Notes: generated by a model not told the origin, from the letters alone. A DNA stretch of 64,000 nt from Octopus sinensis (GCF_006345805.1 NC_042997.1:170004001-170068000), one strand, 5' to 3'; counted from the stretch's first letter, positions 25,513 through 39,982 are shown. Translations and numbers: made by a program.

Positions 25513-25740
25513 TATTTCTTTGCTACCCACAAGGGGCTAAACACAGATGGAACAAACAAGGACAGACAAACAGATTAAGTCGATTACATCGACCCCAGTG
25601 CGTAACTGGTACTTAATTTATCGACCCCGAAAGGATGAAGGCAAAGTTGACCTCGGCGGGATTTGAACTCTCAATGTAAAGACAAACGAAATACTGCTAA
25701 GCATTTTGCCCAGTGTGCTAGCGTTTCTGCCAGCTCGCCG
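25513..25740 (-). mobile_element. tRNA-derived SINE family 2 with 11-bp TSD
   Basis: Head cggcgagctggcagaaacg..gagttcaaat; TSD CTGGTCAAACC at 25502-25512 and 25741-25751. Other copies near 6380, 7732, 31570, 37600, 44430, 46620, 57706 and 57930. Confidence 0.88.
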
Positions 25741-28487
25741 CTGGTCAAACCATCGAACCCATGCCAACATGGAAAACAGATGTTAAAGGATGATGTTAAT
25801 GATATGACAGGCTTTTTCTGGTTTCCATCTACCAAATCCACTCACAAGACACTTGTCTAAAGCGTTACATGGTGAAACCGAACCTGAAATCATGTGGTTG
25901 GGGAACAAACTTCTTAGCCGCACCTGTACCTTACATGGATTTAGACTTTACTAACATGATAGCATTTTTTTTTTTTTGTAATAGTATATTTGACAGATTT
26001 CTCATTTTCCTCTGGTTTAGTTAAAGTAATGCTGCTTAATTACTTTTGCACTAGTAATTATCAAGTCTAATTTTCTTTTATTTTGTTTTAGGTAATGTTA
26101 TGTGCTAATTATATGTTCTTAATTCTTAATTCGATAATTATTGTTTTTGAAGTTATTAATTGTTTTGTACTTTGTCCGTGAGTGAAGAAAACCTTTTTAT
26201 GTATCTATTTTGAAAGAAAAATAAATGAATCAGAGGTCCTTCCCAAGCCAGATTCTGTGGCATATATATTTCCCACCTGGATGGAATGCTGCTCTGTTGC
26301 AGGATTACTCACTTTTGCCAACTGAATGGACTGGAGCAACAGGAAATGAAGTGTTTTGCTCAATATTGCAACACATCACCTAGTCCAGGAATCAAAACCA
26401 CAATCTTACAATCATGATTGCAACATCCTAACCACTAAGCCAAGCACCTTCTCATGAATCTGTTTATCTAAATTTAATTGAAGTTTTAGCCAGGTTTTGT
26501 CTCTCCTGCTGAAGCTATTTCTTAACTTAGTAAAAATAGTTCAGGCATAGCCATGTGGTACTAAGAGGCTTACTTCATAGTCACCTATTTCTGGGTTTGA
26601 TCTTATTGCGTGGTACATTTATTTAAGAATTCAAGCATGTCTGTATGATTAAGACTTCACTTCAAAACTACATAGTTTTGGGTTTGATCTTGATACACAG
26701 CACCGTGAGCAAAGAATTTCTATCTTAGCCTTGGGTTGACCAAAAGCTTCAAAGTGGAAGTCCATCAGATGCATATATCATCATCTTTGGTAGTAGCTAT
26801 GGTCACAGTGGCATTTTAATATCCATTTCTCCATGCTTGCATGAGTCACAGAATTCATTGAAGCATATTTTCTGTGATGCCTTTTCTGATATCAGGCTTC
26901 ACCTGTTTCCAAACACAGTAATATTTCCTCATTACATGAAGACTGGAAAATATGGAAAACTGCGAACAAAGAACACTGTATTACAGTGACACTTATTTAT
27001 AGCTATTGCACAATATCTCAGACAACACAACACACACACACACACACACACACACACTCATAATGGTCTTCTTTCAGTTTCCATCTACCAAATCATTTCA
27101 TAAGGCTTGGTTGGCCCAAGGTTTTAGTAGAAGATACTTGCCCAAGGTGCCAGAATGCTGTGGGATTGAACCTGAATCCACTGGTTTTAAGAAGTCAACT
27201 TTTGAACCACATAACCACACCTTCATCTTGTATGTGTATATACAAATGTACATAATCCTGGATACATGATCAGAAAATAGTGTTGGGTGTATTCATGGCT
27301 GGAACCACTTAATCATTGATCTGCTTGATCAGAACTGACCTGGGGTTAAACAGCAACAATGACAAGTCATTTAATATGAGGCAGCATTTTATAATTCCTC
27401 TTTCCTTCTGTAGACAAAGATCAATTTATATGTCTATCAGGTGCATTAATTTATAATGAAATCTACTTAAATTTCTGATTGCTTCTAATGTTTTGTAATA
27501 TTATATAATGCTAGTTCGTTCCAGATGACGTTCTAGCCATATTTTGTTTTATTGTTGGCTCACAAAGAAATCAATGTTCCATTTATGTACTTTGTTTATT
27601 TTATACTGCAAATAGTGAACAATAGGCTAGTCTCCAATTCACTGCATTTGTCACTACAAGCACTCCCTTGTCAATCTCACCGTCAGAGTGAGAGAGTTAT
27701 AAGGGAGTATCTGTAACACACTGCAGAACAAATATTTCCAGGGTCTTCATTCACAAATGGAAAAGAGGATGACTTTTTTCAGTTTTCTCATAGTCATTTA
27801 CATCCTTTGCTGGTATGCACTGGACAAAGACACACAGACACATACACACATGTATATGTGCACACATATATGCACTTATATATATATATATATAAGTACA
27901 CATGTGGATGCATTATGGTTGAATGGTTAAGAAGTCTGCTTTGTAGCCATGATGTACCCAGTTCAATTCCACAATGTAGCACCTTGAGCAAGTGTTAACC
28001 CAAGCCTTATGAGTGGAACTGAATATAGAGAAACTGTGTGGAAGCCCGTGAAATGGATTTTTCTTTCTGCTTGTTTCAGTCATTAGACTGTGGCCATACT
28101 GGGGCACCACCTTGAGGAATTTGTAGTTGATTGAGTCAACCCCAGTACTTTTTTTTTTAAAGTCTGGTACTTATTTTATCAGTTTCTTTTACCAAACCAC
28201 TAAGTTACAGGGATGTAAACACACACACACACACATATATGAGGGGTTTCTTTCAGTTTCTGTCTACCAAATTCCAAGACTTTGGTCAACCTGAGGCTAC
28301 AGTAGAAGACACTTGCCCAAGGTGCCACACAGTGGGACTGAACCCAGAACCATGTAGTTGGGAAGCAAGTTTCTTACCACACAGCTACACTTGTGCATAA
28401 TTTATTAAAGATGCAACATTGTCACACAATATCACGCTCATTCTACCGAGAATTACCCCAAGGACACACATGTCTATCTACCATAAG

Positions 28488-28700
28488 GTCCAGTCCTTGT
28501 TGTGGTGTGATGGCTTGTGTGCCTTAATGACCCTGAGAGGCATACTGTTGGAGTGCAATCTCCTTGTAGGGCCTCCTATGCTACACAGGTCAAAGGATAG
28601 AGAGCAGACTAATATGAACTTCCTCTTCCAGAGGTAAAGGTTAGCTTGCATAGGGCCAACATCCCTACCTAGGAAAAATGGAATGGTGATGGAAAGATTA
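28488..28700 (+). mobile_element. RTE-like 5' UTR fragment
   Basis: ccttgttgtggtgtgatggcttgtgtgccttaatgaccctgagag..caggtc..cagactaa resembles RTE/Expander 5' ends (recognised from memory). Confidence 0.45.
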
Positions 28701-30861
28701 ATGATGATTCAAAACCAACAAGACCTCAGGAAGGAAGATTTTCTTTCAGGGAAACATGGCAAGATGGAAGGAAGGATGCCCTAAAAATAGCTGGGAACAG
28801 GATACTGAGGCAAAACTGAAAAAGTAGGGATCGAACTGGAAAGAAACAGAAAAGACAGATTTGGGAACTGTAGAGAGAAATTGTCAATGACTTTTGCTCT
28901 ATGGGGAGCAAATGGCTTGAGTAAGTAACACACGTCTGTGGAATTATCAGCCTCTTACACTCAGAATCAATAATCAGGGAGTTTGTGTGGTCAAACAATT
29001 GAATAAGCATCTTCGAAAACAATAGGGTTTCATTTGCTTTCCATACACTTTCTGTCCATTAAATTCCACTTACAGTGTCAAGCTAAAGCTATGATAGAAA
29101 ACACTTGCTTAAGGGGCTACACACTGCAATCAAATGTGAAACCAGATGGTGGCAAAGAAAACTTCTTTTTTATTACATAGTCAGATTTGCCTGTACAGTT
29201 GTTGCTTTGCTACAAATAATTACTTCATCTATTTAGAAGATAAATTATTGTTGTATATATATATTTCTTTTTTTTTTTTTTGAAAAGGTAGGGGTATAAA
29301 GAAATATAGGCATATTATATGATTTGTTTATTTTTAATCAGATAAATGGAATAATTTCTTAACTTCTATTGAGGAAATTAAATTAACCTTGAAAAATAGA
29401 TAGCAGAGAAAAGAAAATGTTTATCTATTTATTCCACCCATAAGTGTTCTACGGAAATAACTGGAAAGTTTTCAAATGTGTAATTCTTGAAACCAAAAGT
29501 TGACTTGACATTTTTGGTTCCCAGTGAAAACAAAGAGGCAATCTAATTTTGAAATAATGAGATATTGTTGGAGTTGTAAATGAGAGAAAAGATTAAACAC
29601 AATTTTAAATTTGTTTGGCGTAGAGCCAATTTGTATAACCCTTTTGTGACCGTATTTCTCATAAAATACACTGCAAATGTGTCTCAGTTAATTTTGAAAA
29701 TAATCAACAATTTATAGGGGTGTAGTAAAATAATTAACATTTTTATTATTATATTAGTGATGGAACATACATTGCGTAAGTTGATAGAAGATTTGAATTT
29801 AAATATGAACCCTTCAAAACAAGCAGTTTTGTATTATGTGATGAAGAGTAATATCAGGTTGATTGATACTGAAACAGTTATGGAAAAGCCACTATCAACC
29901 TTATCAATTCTAATGTAGCACTGATGCTTATTTTATCAACCCTGAAAGAATGAAAGATGTAGGAGACCCCAGTAAGTTTTGAACTCAGGCTTGAGAAGAG
30001 TAGAAGCTAAATGTGGTTCAGACTCAGCTAAATGCTGTTTGACATAGTGCTCTACTGACTTGACTATCTCCATTGCTCTTTGCCATCTTAATAATCTTAC
30101 CAAAACAATCACTTACCTCAATATTATCATGAATGTGTTGTGTATTTGCATGTGATTATTAATTGATAATGATGAAAGAACAAGACTACTAAAACTAAAG
30201 AATGACATATGTTCTGTCTCTAATGGCATATTCAGAAATCTTATTAAACCTCTTTAGATTATCAAATTGTTTTTTTTTTTAATCCATGTGGGGTTTCCGT
30301 TTTTTTCTCTCATGTCAGATGGGTTTCATGAGTTACAAGTTTGAACATTTCTTAAGCAGGTTGGATTCTCTTCATTACAGCAGTTACCAGTTAGTCTTAG
30401 TTATTTTCAAACTAAATGATGTAACAGCACTCACAGACAAACAATAACAAGGAGTCTCCTTGCATTGTTCATTATTCAGAGAAAGTTGCATTTGATGGTA
30501 TCTTCTATTAGTTGGAATATTTATCTTCTGTTTACCATCAGCTGAACAATCTTCAATCTCTCCTTCCCCTCTCTCCCTCTCTCTTGCTCTCTTCCTCTCT
30601 CTCTCACTCACACACACACATATGCACACACAAACATCTGTCAAACTTAAATGCTCAAGGCTTTTTATTTGGGGGGCATTATTTCAGATGTGTGATTAGC
30701 ACTCTAGAGTAAAAGATTTGGGGTTACGGAAAAAAAAGAGATTTGAATCAACATGAAATCTTCAAGCTACTAGCTGTACTTTCTTTAACAGAAATTAGCA
30801 GAAACAAATAGCATACTATACAATGTCTAAATCCTTTGACTTATTGATTTCACTTTGGTGT

Positions 30862-31165
30862 GGAGGTACATGGCCTAGTGGTTAGAGCAGCGGACTCGCG
30901 GTCAAGGGATCACGGGTTCGAATCACAGACCGGGCAATGTGCGTGTTTATGAGCGAAACACCTAAGCTCCACACAGCTTCGACAGAAGGTAATGGCGAAA
31001 CTTCTGCTGATTCTTTCGCCACAACTTTCTCTCACTCTTTCCTCCTGCATCTTGCAGCTCACCTGCGACGGACTGGCGTCCTGTCCAGGAGGGGAACCTA
31101 TACGCCAAGAAACCGGGAAACCGGCCCTTATGAGCCAGGCATGGCTCGAGAAGGAACAAACAAAA
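30862..31165 (+). mobile_element. Young-looking tRNA-derived SINE family 3
   Basis: A-box TGGCCTAGTGG and B-box GGTTCGAATC, many retained CpGs, A-rich tail; related heads near 7975-8055, 26250-26450 and 46035. Confidence 0.8.
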
Positions 31166-31224
31166 AACAAATTTCACTTTGGTGAAATTTTCATGATGTT
31201 GTAATCTCTTATTTTGTTCTTTAA

Positions 31225-31444
31225 CCCTTTAGCATTCAAACTGGTCGTATCCGGTCCAAATATTTAACCTGTTTTATGTTGGAACTGGCTAGATCTGGCC
31301 TCTCATTTCAACCTTGCAATGTCATTCTAAAACTAAACAATCACATCATCAAAATCTCTAAACTACATGATAATGCATGATTCACTCAAAACAATATAAC
31401 TAAACAAACATTACATTTGACAGAATAATCTGAATACTAAAGGT
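31225..31444. mobile_element. piggyBac-like MITE
   Basis: TTAA-CCCTTTAGCATTCA...TGAATACTAAAGGT-TTAA; a truncated second copy lies at about 31932-32130. Confidence 0.8.
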
Positions 31445-31713
31445 TTAATTTCCTTCCAAAATATTTTCTTTTATAAAAAAATCTTTTCCCTGTCTTCACT
31501 GTGTTTAAGTTATATACGACAATGACTTGTGGAAAGTATTGTAGAGATGAAAGATAAACTCCTTTGGTTTCAAATTTTAGCACAAGGCCAACGAGTTTGG
31601 TGGGAGGGGGGAAAGTTGATTACATTGACCCCTGTACTTAACTGGTACTTATTTTATCAACCCCAAAAGGATGAAAAGTAAAGTACACTTCAATGAAATT
31701 TGAGCTCAGAGAG

Positions 31714-31867
31714 CACTAGTGTAGCTACATGTGGGGTGGAGGGATGGGTACTTTTATGGAGGTGGCACCAATTTTGGGTCCGCAGCAGGCAATATGTATT
31801 TTTTGTGGGGGACCTGAGGACAGCAAACTGAAGGGCCACACCAGGCAGCACACTAGCTATGCTAGTG
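31714..31867. mobile_element. Second copy of the 52249 MITE family, inverted and inserted into a SINE
   Basis: CACTAGTGTAGCTA...TAGCTATGCTAGTG; degenerate TSD tcagagag/tcagaagt; shared internal ggtggcacca.ttttggg. Confidence 0.75.
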
Positions 31868-33380
31868 TCAGAAGTTAGAGACAGATGAAATGCCACTAAG
31901 CATTTTGCCTAGCATGCTAACTGTTCTGCTTTATATCTGGCCAAAATATTCTTCATGTTTTATGTTCAAACCAGCCGGATGTGGCTTCTCATACCTAACC
32001 TACATTGTCATTCTAAAAATAAGCAAGCACATCATCAAAATCTCAAAGCTACTAGATAACACATGATTAATTCAAAGCAATGTGAGTAAATGAGCATCAC
32101 ATTTGACAGAGTAATCTGAAAGCTAAAGGGTTAAATGACTTGTTAAAGCCATTTTGGCTACAAATACTTTTACTTCCTCTCTCCTTTATTCATCAACATC
32201 TAAAAAATATACGGTAGGTAAATCTGTCAGTATATGTGAGACTGACAGCAAAGGAGGGAGTGTAAGAGAAAGTTGGAGGGAATTTAAGATTATGAGACCA
32301 AATTATTAATTGATAAATCCAGCATTTGTTTCTTTGTTTTAATGTGATTAAATGCTAGTTATTAGTATCCAGCCTTAGAAACCATGCCAATGCTAACATT
32401 GGAGCTTATCAGCTCTGCAGATAGTTGGATCCTGTCAAACCGTCTAACCCATGCCAGCATAGAAATTGGCCAGTAAATGATTATTATGATGATGGTGGTG
32501 GTGGTGGTGGTGGTGGCAGCGGTGGCTGTTGTTGTTGTTAAAAAGAAAAAAAGACGCTTGACCAATGGTCTTTCGGAAATGAAGTCAACAACAAAATCTG
32601 TGAAAAATGGAAGAAAGATAATTTTCAAAAGAGAAGGTGGTTGTGGTGGTGCTTCTGCTTAGCTCCAGATCAACTCTGGTCATGCAGAACTATAATGAAA
32701 GCATACCACTCTCGACCATCCTGTCTTTTTCTTACGAGCACATTATCAGTGGCCCTTTCTTTTCCTTTTTTTTTTAAAGATAGTAGAGTGTGATTTGAGG
32801 TAGATTGGGCTGCTGTTTCTAATTGTGGAAAGTAGTGGAGGAGGTGGTGGAGGACTTGAAACTAGAGAATCAATGAAAGAGAAGGTCAGTAGTAGTAAAG
32901 ATAACAATCAAAGTAGGGGTTGGGGTGGACTATGCAAGTGTTGGTTATTGCTAACCAAATTGCTGCTGTAGTGGTTCAGAAACTGATAAATACCAAGCTG
33001 TGCCCTATCACAAAAAATACAAAAATATACAGTAAAATTTTTTTTTTTTTTTTTTATTAATGTGAAAATAGAATAGTTTGTATCCATATACAGGCATGGC
33101 TGTATGGTAAGAAGTTTGCTTCCAGAAACCACATGGTTTCAGGTTCAGTCCCACTACATATATATATATAGTTGTGTGTGTGTGTCTTTGCATTTATGTC
33201 TGTTCCCCTCTGCTTGACACCTGTTGTTGGTTTGTTTACATCCCTGTAACTTAGCAGACTACTAGAATACGTACTGGAGTTAATGTGTTCAACTAAAACC
33301 TTTCAAAGTTGCATCCCAGAATGGCTACACTCCAGTGACTGAAACAAGCGTGCACGCGCATGCACACACACACACACACA

Positions 33381-33580
33381 CAGAGTATGCACCAAAAGTC
33401 ATGCACCAAAAGATTTGACATTTTATTTGTTTCACGTTATTATATTTTTCATTTTGTTCATCATGTACAAGTATGTGTGTATTCAATATTTTATTTATTC
33501 TATTCAACTTTAGAAAAGTTTGAGTAGGTCTTTGACAATTCCAGAGAATATTGAACTTATTTTGTGCATGACTTTTAACC

Positions 33581-33583
<3 letters not shown>
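33381..33583. mobile_element. Tc1/mariner-type MITE
   Basis: Inverted ends CAG..AAAAGTCATGCAC and GTGCATGACTTTTAACCCTG, followed by (TA)n. Confidence 0.65.
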
Positions 33584-33650
<67 letters not shown>

Positions 33651-33652
<2 letters not shown>

Positions 33653-33833
33653 AAGGAAAAGTTTACGAAAATAAACAAAAGACGAAGGCAGGTGGAGTAC
33701 AAACAAACAAATGTATTAGTATAGCGCTCAGGAATAGAAAAAGTCTTTTACGTTTCGAGCCTACGCTCTTCGACACAGATAAAAACAAGGAGAGAAAAAA
33801 ATGCGTGTAGGAGCTAACAATCTATCATAGCGA
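33651..33833 (-). mobile_element. Short Penelope-like repeat carrying a minimal hammerhead variant
   Basis: Similar to 49316-49500. Minus strand gUGUCGA-a-GAGC-GUAG-GCUC-GAAACGUA^AAAG. Confidence 0.6.
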
Positions 33834-36800
33834 ATTATATATATATAATTCTTCATTCTTCATCATGGGGCTGGACAAGTTTAAAATGTTCAAAGCCCTT
33901 TTCAATTTTATTAAACATGGCAATTTGTCCAACCCTTTTCCAGTCCTCACAGCTCCCAGCTCATTGAGAAACACTAGCTTAGAGTATGCATTGTGAAACC
34001 AAATTAGAAATAAACCAGATGTCTTATGACAACAGATTAACAAACAAATTCAATAACTTTTGTTTTTGTTGGGAGTTAAAAGTTCAGTTGATTTATAATA
34101 TAGACAACTATAAAGTGTCTAAAGAAATTATATTGTAATAAGGTCATTTTTCTGATTGTGTGGTTCATTTTTTTCTTTTTTTTTTCAATGGAGGGGGTAC
34201 TTTTAATATGGAAAGTTATGAAAAGTTTATTTAATTTCATTCCAAGCATTTTCATAATTAGTTTAGGATTTGATATGAATTATTTATATAAAAAATCTGT
34301 GTCAATTAGATGATATCTGGAGAAGAAGCAACCTAATTTGCTCGGCCCATTTGTTCTCCCTCCCCCTCTCTCCTTCTCTCTATCTCTCTCTCCTTTTTGT
34401 TTTCCTCTCTCTCACACACACATATACATTACATTGTGTGTATGTGTGTGTGTGTGTATAAAACATAATTTAGACATCTGAGATAAATTATTACCAAGTA
34501 AAGATAAATATCAATTTACAAGTCACCATTAATATTGATATATTGACAAAATACTAATTTGATAGTTATAGGAAAAATAATGAGTCTGAGTCATATATGA
34601 AGAGACACCGAAAATGAAATGGCAAATGATTATTCTTTATCATGCCAGGTGATTATCGTAAGGCTCTGAAACATTGATATTAACTCATATCATGTTGGTT
34701 TCAATCTTTGATGTTGCTTCATTAGGGAGAAAGTCAGTATCAAAGAAGTAAATAATCTTGCTGTAACATCTCATCTCCTGTAGCCTAAATTTTTTTCTTT
34801 TCGTTTTTCCTGTTCTTTTTTCCCATTTTTTTTTTTTCTGTGAGAGGGCTGACAGGAATCTAATCATAGTCCACATTTCTCAAACATTTTGAGAGACTGA
34901 TGTCACAGAACAGCAATATCTTGTGATTCTGTTTAAAACTAAACTGATTGTGTGTGTCTGTGTGCATGTGTGTGTGTGTGTGTGTGTGGGTGGATGGATG
35001 GACGGACGGACGCACGGACAGACAGACAGATAGACAGATAGATATACAAACAGTCAGACAGACAGATAAAGGTTTGTTTGGGTTTAAGCAGGAAGAAAGG
35101 AAAGAGCATGGCCAATTGATTAAGAAGTTCACTTTGCAATCATGAGATCCTAGGTTCAATTCTGCAGCATGGCATTTTGGACATATGTCTTTTATTGTAA
35201 TGCAAAAGATCCAGCTTTGTTAAATTTTGAAGTGTTATGCTGATTCTGTTTGAGGTCTAAGTTATATAATGTCTGTGTGTGTTTAATGTAATTGTATCAA
35301 CCATTTATATTAATTCAGATCATATTGTTCATTTGACTGAAGAACAGAATGCCCATTGCCAAAACTAGCTGATATTTATTTATTTTGCTTATATATATAT
35401 ATTACTGCTGTTATCGTGAAAGAAGCATCCTATACACTCTGTAAGTGGTTGGTAAATCAAATTGAACACTAATAACACAGGATTCAAGATGGCTCTCAGT
35501 CCTGCTGAGAACATATATATGTGCTGCCCTTCCCCACACTCACACACTCAGTTGAGGGTCTCATGAGTTACTTGATAACCTCACTAGTGCCAGTGCTGTG
35601 AAAAAAAGTACCCAAAAACTCTGTAAAGTGGTTGGCATTTGAAAAGGCATCCAGCTGTAGAAGCTATGCCAAAGCAGACATTGGAGCTCAACATAGGAGG
35701 ACATAATTATCCAATTTGTCATATCCTTTAAACAGTCTATGTAAGCATAGAAGATAGACATTAAACGATGATGATATGTGTGTGTGTGTCTATACATGTG
35801 TGTTTTTATCTATATATGTGTTATCATCATCATCATCATCATATACACACACACACACACACATATACTTTGGAAGGAGAGGTAAGAGAACTTTTCTAGA
35901 ATTACTTTGTAAGGGATGGAAGAATACAATATCATACAAATTTTGAACAGTGACTGAGCAAGAGTTTTGTTTAAAGTAGGATTGTATGACAAAAAACCTT
36001 TCCTTTATTTGACCTGAATGTTCATTTTTAAAGTAGTTTTTGTTGTAACATCAAAGACAATCAAAACAAAGATATGCAAAACACACATGAGAAGGATTCA
36101 AAATGATCTCTGAGCTATCAGTTTAGATACAAGAGCATTAACATGACAAGGAGGCATTGTTAGAAATCTTACAACACAGCAGAAATAACAATGAGGTGCA
36201 AACAGAAGTTAAGTGTTTTTTATGGTCACAAAGTCCTCATATTTTTATTGCCTTTCATATTCACTTTCTCTGACTGAACTTGTTTAAAAAAAGAAAAACA
36301 ATCTAAGCATTATATTTTTAAACAAACTTTCATAAACAAGTTTTTGTCATACCTAGTTTAATCAAGCTTAGCTCATAACAAATAGATTAAATCAATAAAT
36401 TGAATACAAAAAAGGAAAGAAAATTGTACTTATATATACATATATATATATTCGTTTTATCTAGTTTCAGCTCACGAGCTGTGGTCATGCTGTTTTTTTT
36501 TTCTCTTCTGTGAACGTAAACATGAATTTCCGAGTTGTTATCAGATATTTATTGAATGCTCTAACATGTTCAAACCCGTAACTGTTATAGTTGTTAAGCT
36601 AATTGATTATTATATATATATTCTGTCATTTAGTAGTTGATATAAATCTTCATGATTTTATATGTCAAATGAGATTGGATGATTCAATAGATATTCAACA
36701 CTGATATTGAACAAATTTATAAGTTCATCTTTGTAAGATTTTATTGTCATAAATATTTTATCATTTCCTTTTAAAGAAGTTTTCCAATGTATTTTTCTCT

Positions 36801-39800
36801 TTCTTTGAAATAATATTTCTACCAGATAGTTTACTAATTCAACAGTGTCTTATATAACAACTTATCATTCTCATCTTGTCTTTGTACTGTGTTGTTTTCT
36901 TTCTTCATTATAGAACATTGTTAGCTAAGTGTGGAGTATGTCTTCATTGGGCTGTAGGTTCACTCTCAACCCTATGGTATAGGTTTCAAGAAATAGAAAT
37001 TGTTACTTGATCTCTACTTTGAACTTACTGAGAAAAATAAATTTTGGAAGAAAATAAATATACATCATAAAGATGAGAAGAAAAGCTCCGTTCTTCAAAG
37101 AAGAGCAATCAACAAAAGATTATATAGAAGAAAGTTTTATGAGTTTTTTTCTTCTTTTTTTTTAAACATAAACCTCATGAAGGTAGCTCATTAGTTAATA
37201 AAGCACTTCCAGCCGAAAGCTTTAGTATAATGACTATTGATTGAAGTATAAAGACATTTTATATTGCTGGCTTAGGAAATAAGTTTCTAGTAAGGACACT
37301 AAATCTTCCCTATTTTTTTTTACAAATTAACTAATACACTAATACACACACACACACACATTTGCCATAAATGTTTTCCTCCGCTTATTTAGTCTTTGTC
37401 TAAAATCTCTCCTCATGAAACTCATAACTTAAATCACTACTACATTTTTTTTTCTAATTGGTGCTGGGATAGGGCCCAGGATCTTTGCACAGTCTGAGAC
37501 AGACTGGAGGTAAGGAGACAAGTATTCAGATTGGACTCTACTAAAATTACCTAAGATGCCAGATGGTGGTGTTAAACCAGTTGATGAAATAAATCTACCA
37601 GCCAGTTTTAGGCCATAGTAGGATTTGAACTCAGAATGTAAAGTGCTGGAACAAATACCATGAAACATCCAGTTCAGCATTCTTGAGGTTCTACCTGTCC
37701 ATTGACTTGGATTCATGCCTTTTTATGAACACTGAAAGAATAAGAGGCAAATTTGACCTCAGTATATTTGAATTCAGAATGCAAGAAGTCAGAACAAGTA
37801 TCTATTCATGATCTATTATTATAGAAGTTTCCTTTTATTCAAAGACCTCCAACAAGAATTCCATATATTACTGAAATTCAATAATATTACCTCATTATTT
37901 GGTGCATGATTTTATTGTATTCATGAACAGATGCCTGTCTTCTGTATTTCTTTGTAAATGTAATTCACAATTTTTCAATTCGTGATCAAGCATACACAAG
38001 CAATATCTCATTAAGAAATAAAAGACTGATTAAATTAGGAAGACAATACATTCATGATAAAAAGGAATTGGATTCCAAGTTAGCTTTCTGCTAAATTTCA
38101 TTGTAGTAATCATCTTAGATTCTGCATCATAGAATGTGCCTAAAATCATCATTGTATTATGTTACAAAGTGATTATTTTGACTAGAAACAGTGTTATCTA
38201 AAAGCTCCTATTGCTAAGTATTTAGCTGTATGTAATAAATCCCAGTTTTATAGTCAAATAAATAAGAGAAACTTCACTGCTGGGAATAGTATTGCTAATC
38301 TGCTAAGTCGATAAACACCAAGAAATATTTAAAAATTGAAATGAAAGCAACAAAAACTTGCACTACTTTTTCAATCTACTTTTAACATAAAACTTGTGAT
38401 GCAAAGTAACCATTTTCAAACAAAAATTTGGTTAAAAAATAAATGAATTTGTGAAAAGTTTGCTTCGTTTTTTTTTTTGTTTTTTTTATAGTTTGACTTA
38501 ATTTTGTTGGAATATTTGCATAAGCTACAACAAAGATAATTGTAAAATTAAGTGATTATACCTGAATAATTATTATCATCAAATGAATTTTTAATTGTAT
38601 TGTTTTAATTATTGGCTATTCACATCAAATTATATTATTATTTCAGAATCATCATTATCTCCCCCATCCCTGTCCAAACCACCATCATCAATGATTTAAC
38701 AATTGTTTCTCCATAATAGCACTGTCTGGACAAGCTGGAGAGCATGTTTGTGTGTGATCTTATGTTTTTGTTAATTTGTTGTAGGAAGCAAAATGTAGGG
38801 AAAAAATAATTAAAATTTTAACAAACAGATACAGGCATAGCTATGTAGTTAGGAAGTTTATATACAACCACATACTTCCAAGTTCAAACCCTCTGCATGG
38901 CTTCTTGAGCAACTGATTTCTACTATAATCTCAAGTTCACTAACGAATTGCAAATGGAACTCAGTAGCCAGAGACTGTGTGGAAGCCTATTGAATATGTA
39001 TATGTGTCTTTATATACACATGCATGTGCATACACAAACACGCACATATATTCATACTCATATACAAACACATACATGTGTGATACGTTCATTCATTCAA
39101 TGTCCAAATGTCCATTTTTCTGTACTAGCAAGGGCTAGACAGAGACTTGTTTTGAAGCAGTATTTTACATCCTGATGCCAGCCCTTAATTTTTTTTTTCT
39201 CAAATTAGGGATTGTTCTTGCATTCCACTGGTCTTCAGATATGTAGAGTGACCATTCTTAATGTCAACAAGGGACAGAAATATCATATCATCACTTCACT
39301 AAAACACTAACAAACAAAGCTGCTGACTACCAACATTCATATGCACATTCATACACACACACACACGCACATGCTTCCAAACAGTTTTTTTGTTTAACAA
39401 TTCCACTCACAAGGCATTGGTCAGCCTTAGGCTAGAGTTGAAGATGCATGCCAAAGTTTCTATGAAGTGGGATGGACAAAATCCAAAAATTACATGGTTG
39501 TAAAGTGAACTTCTTAACTACATTATCTGCACTACACAACCATGTGTTTGTGTGTGTGTGTATGTGTATAAGTGAATGACAAAAGTAGGAGTTATGTAAT
39601 CACTTTCATTAGCTTACAGCTGTGTTTGCTGTGAAGAACTGTGCACCTGATGTTGAGTGCAAGTGCAACATCTCATAGCTTCCTCAGAGCCATTTCAAAT
39701 ATATACACACAAACATGTATATCATCATCATCATTCAACATCTATCTTCCATGCTGGCAGTCCAATAACTGAAAACAGTAAAAGAATAAAACAGTAAATA

Positions 39801-39926
39801 CATTCAACTTGTGAACTGTCATTTCAAATAATTAACCATAATTCATCTAATTTATTAATCTAATCCAGTGCTCTTTTAATTCATTCAGTATAAGAACTTT
39901 TTTCTTCTTGAATATTTTCATCCTAG

Positions 39927-39982
39927 AATTCACATGAATATGCTGAATTACCTGTTCGTCACAATGAAGATCAGCAAAACAG
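39927..39982 (+). CDS. ASCC3: ASCC3 exon C (NSHEYAELPVRHNEDQQN-S)
   Basis: Acceptor tcctag, donor gtcagt; 56 nt. Contains the conserved LPVRHNED motif; phases match both neighbours. Confidence 0.93.

Noticed and set aside
30862-30935. tRNA gene
   Set aside because: A and B boxes are present, but there is no convincing cloverleaf and the sequence continues into a SINE body and tail.
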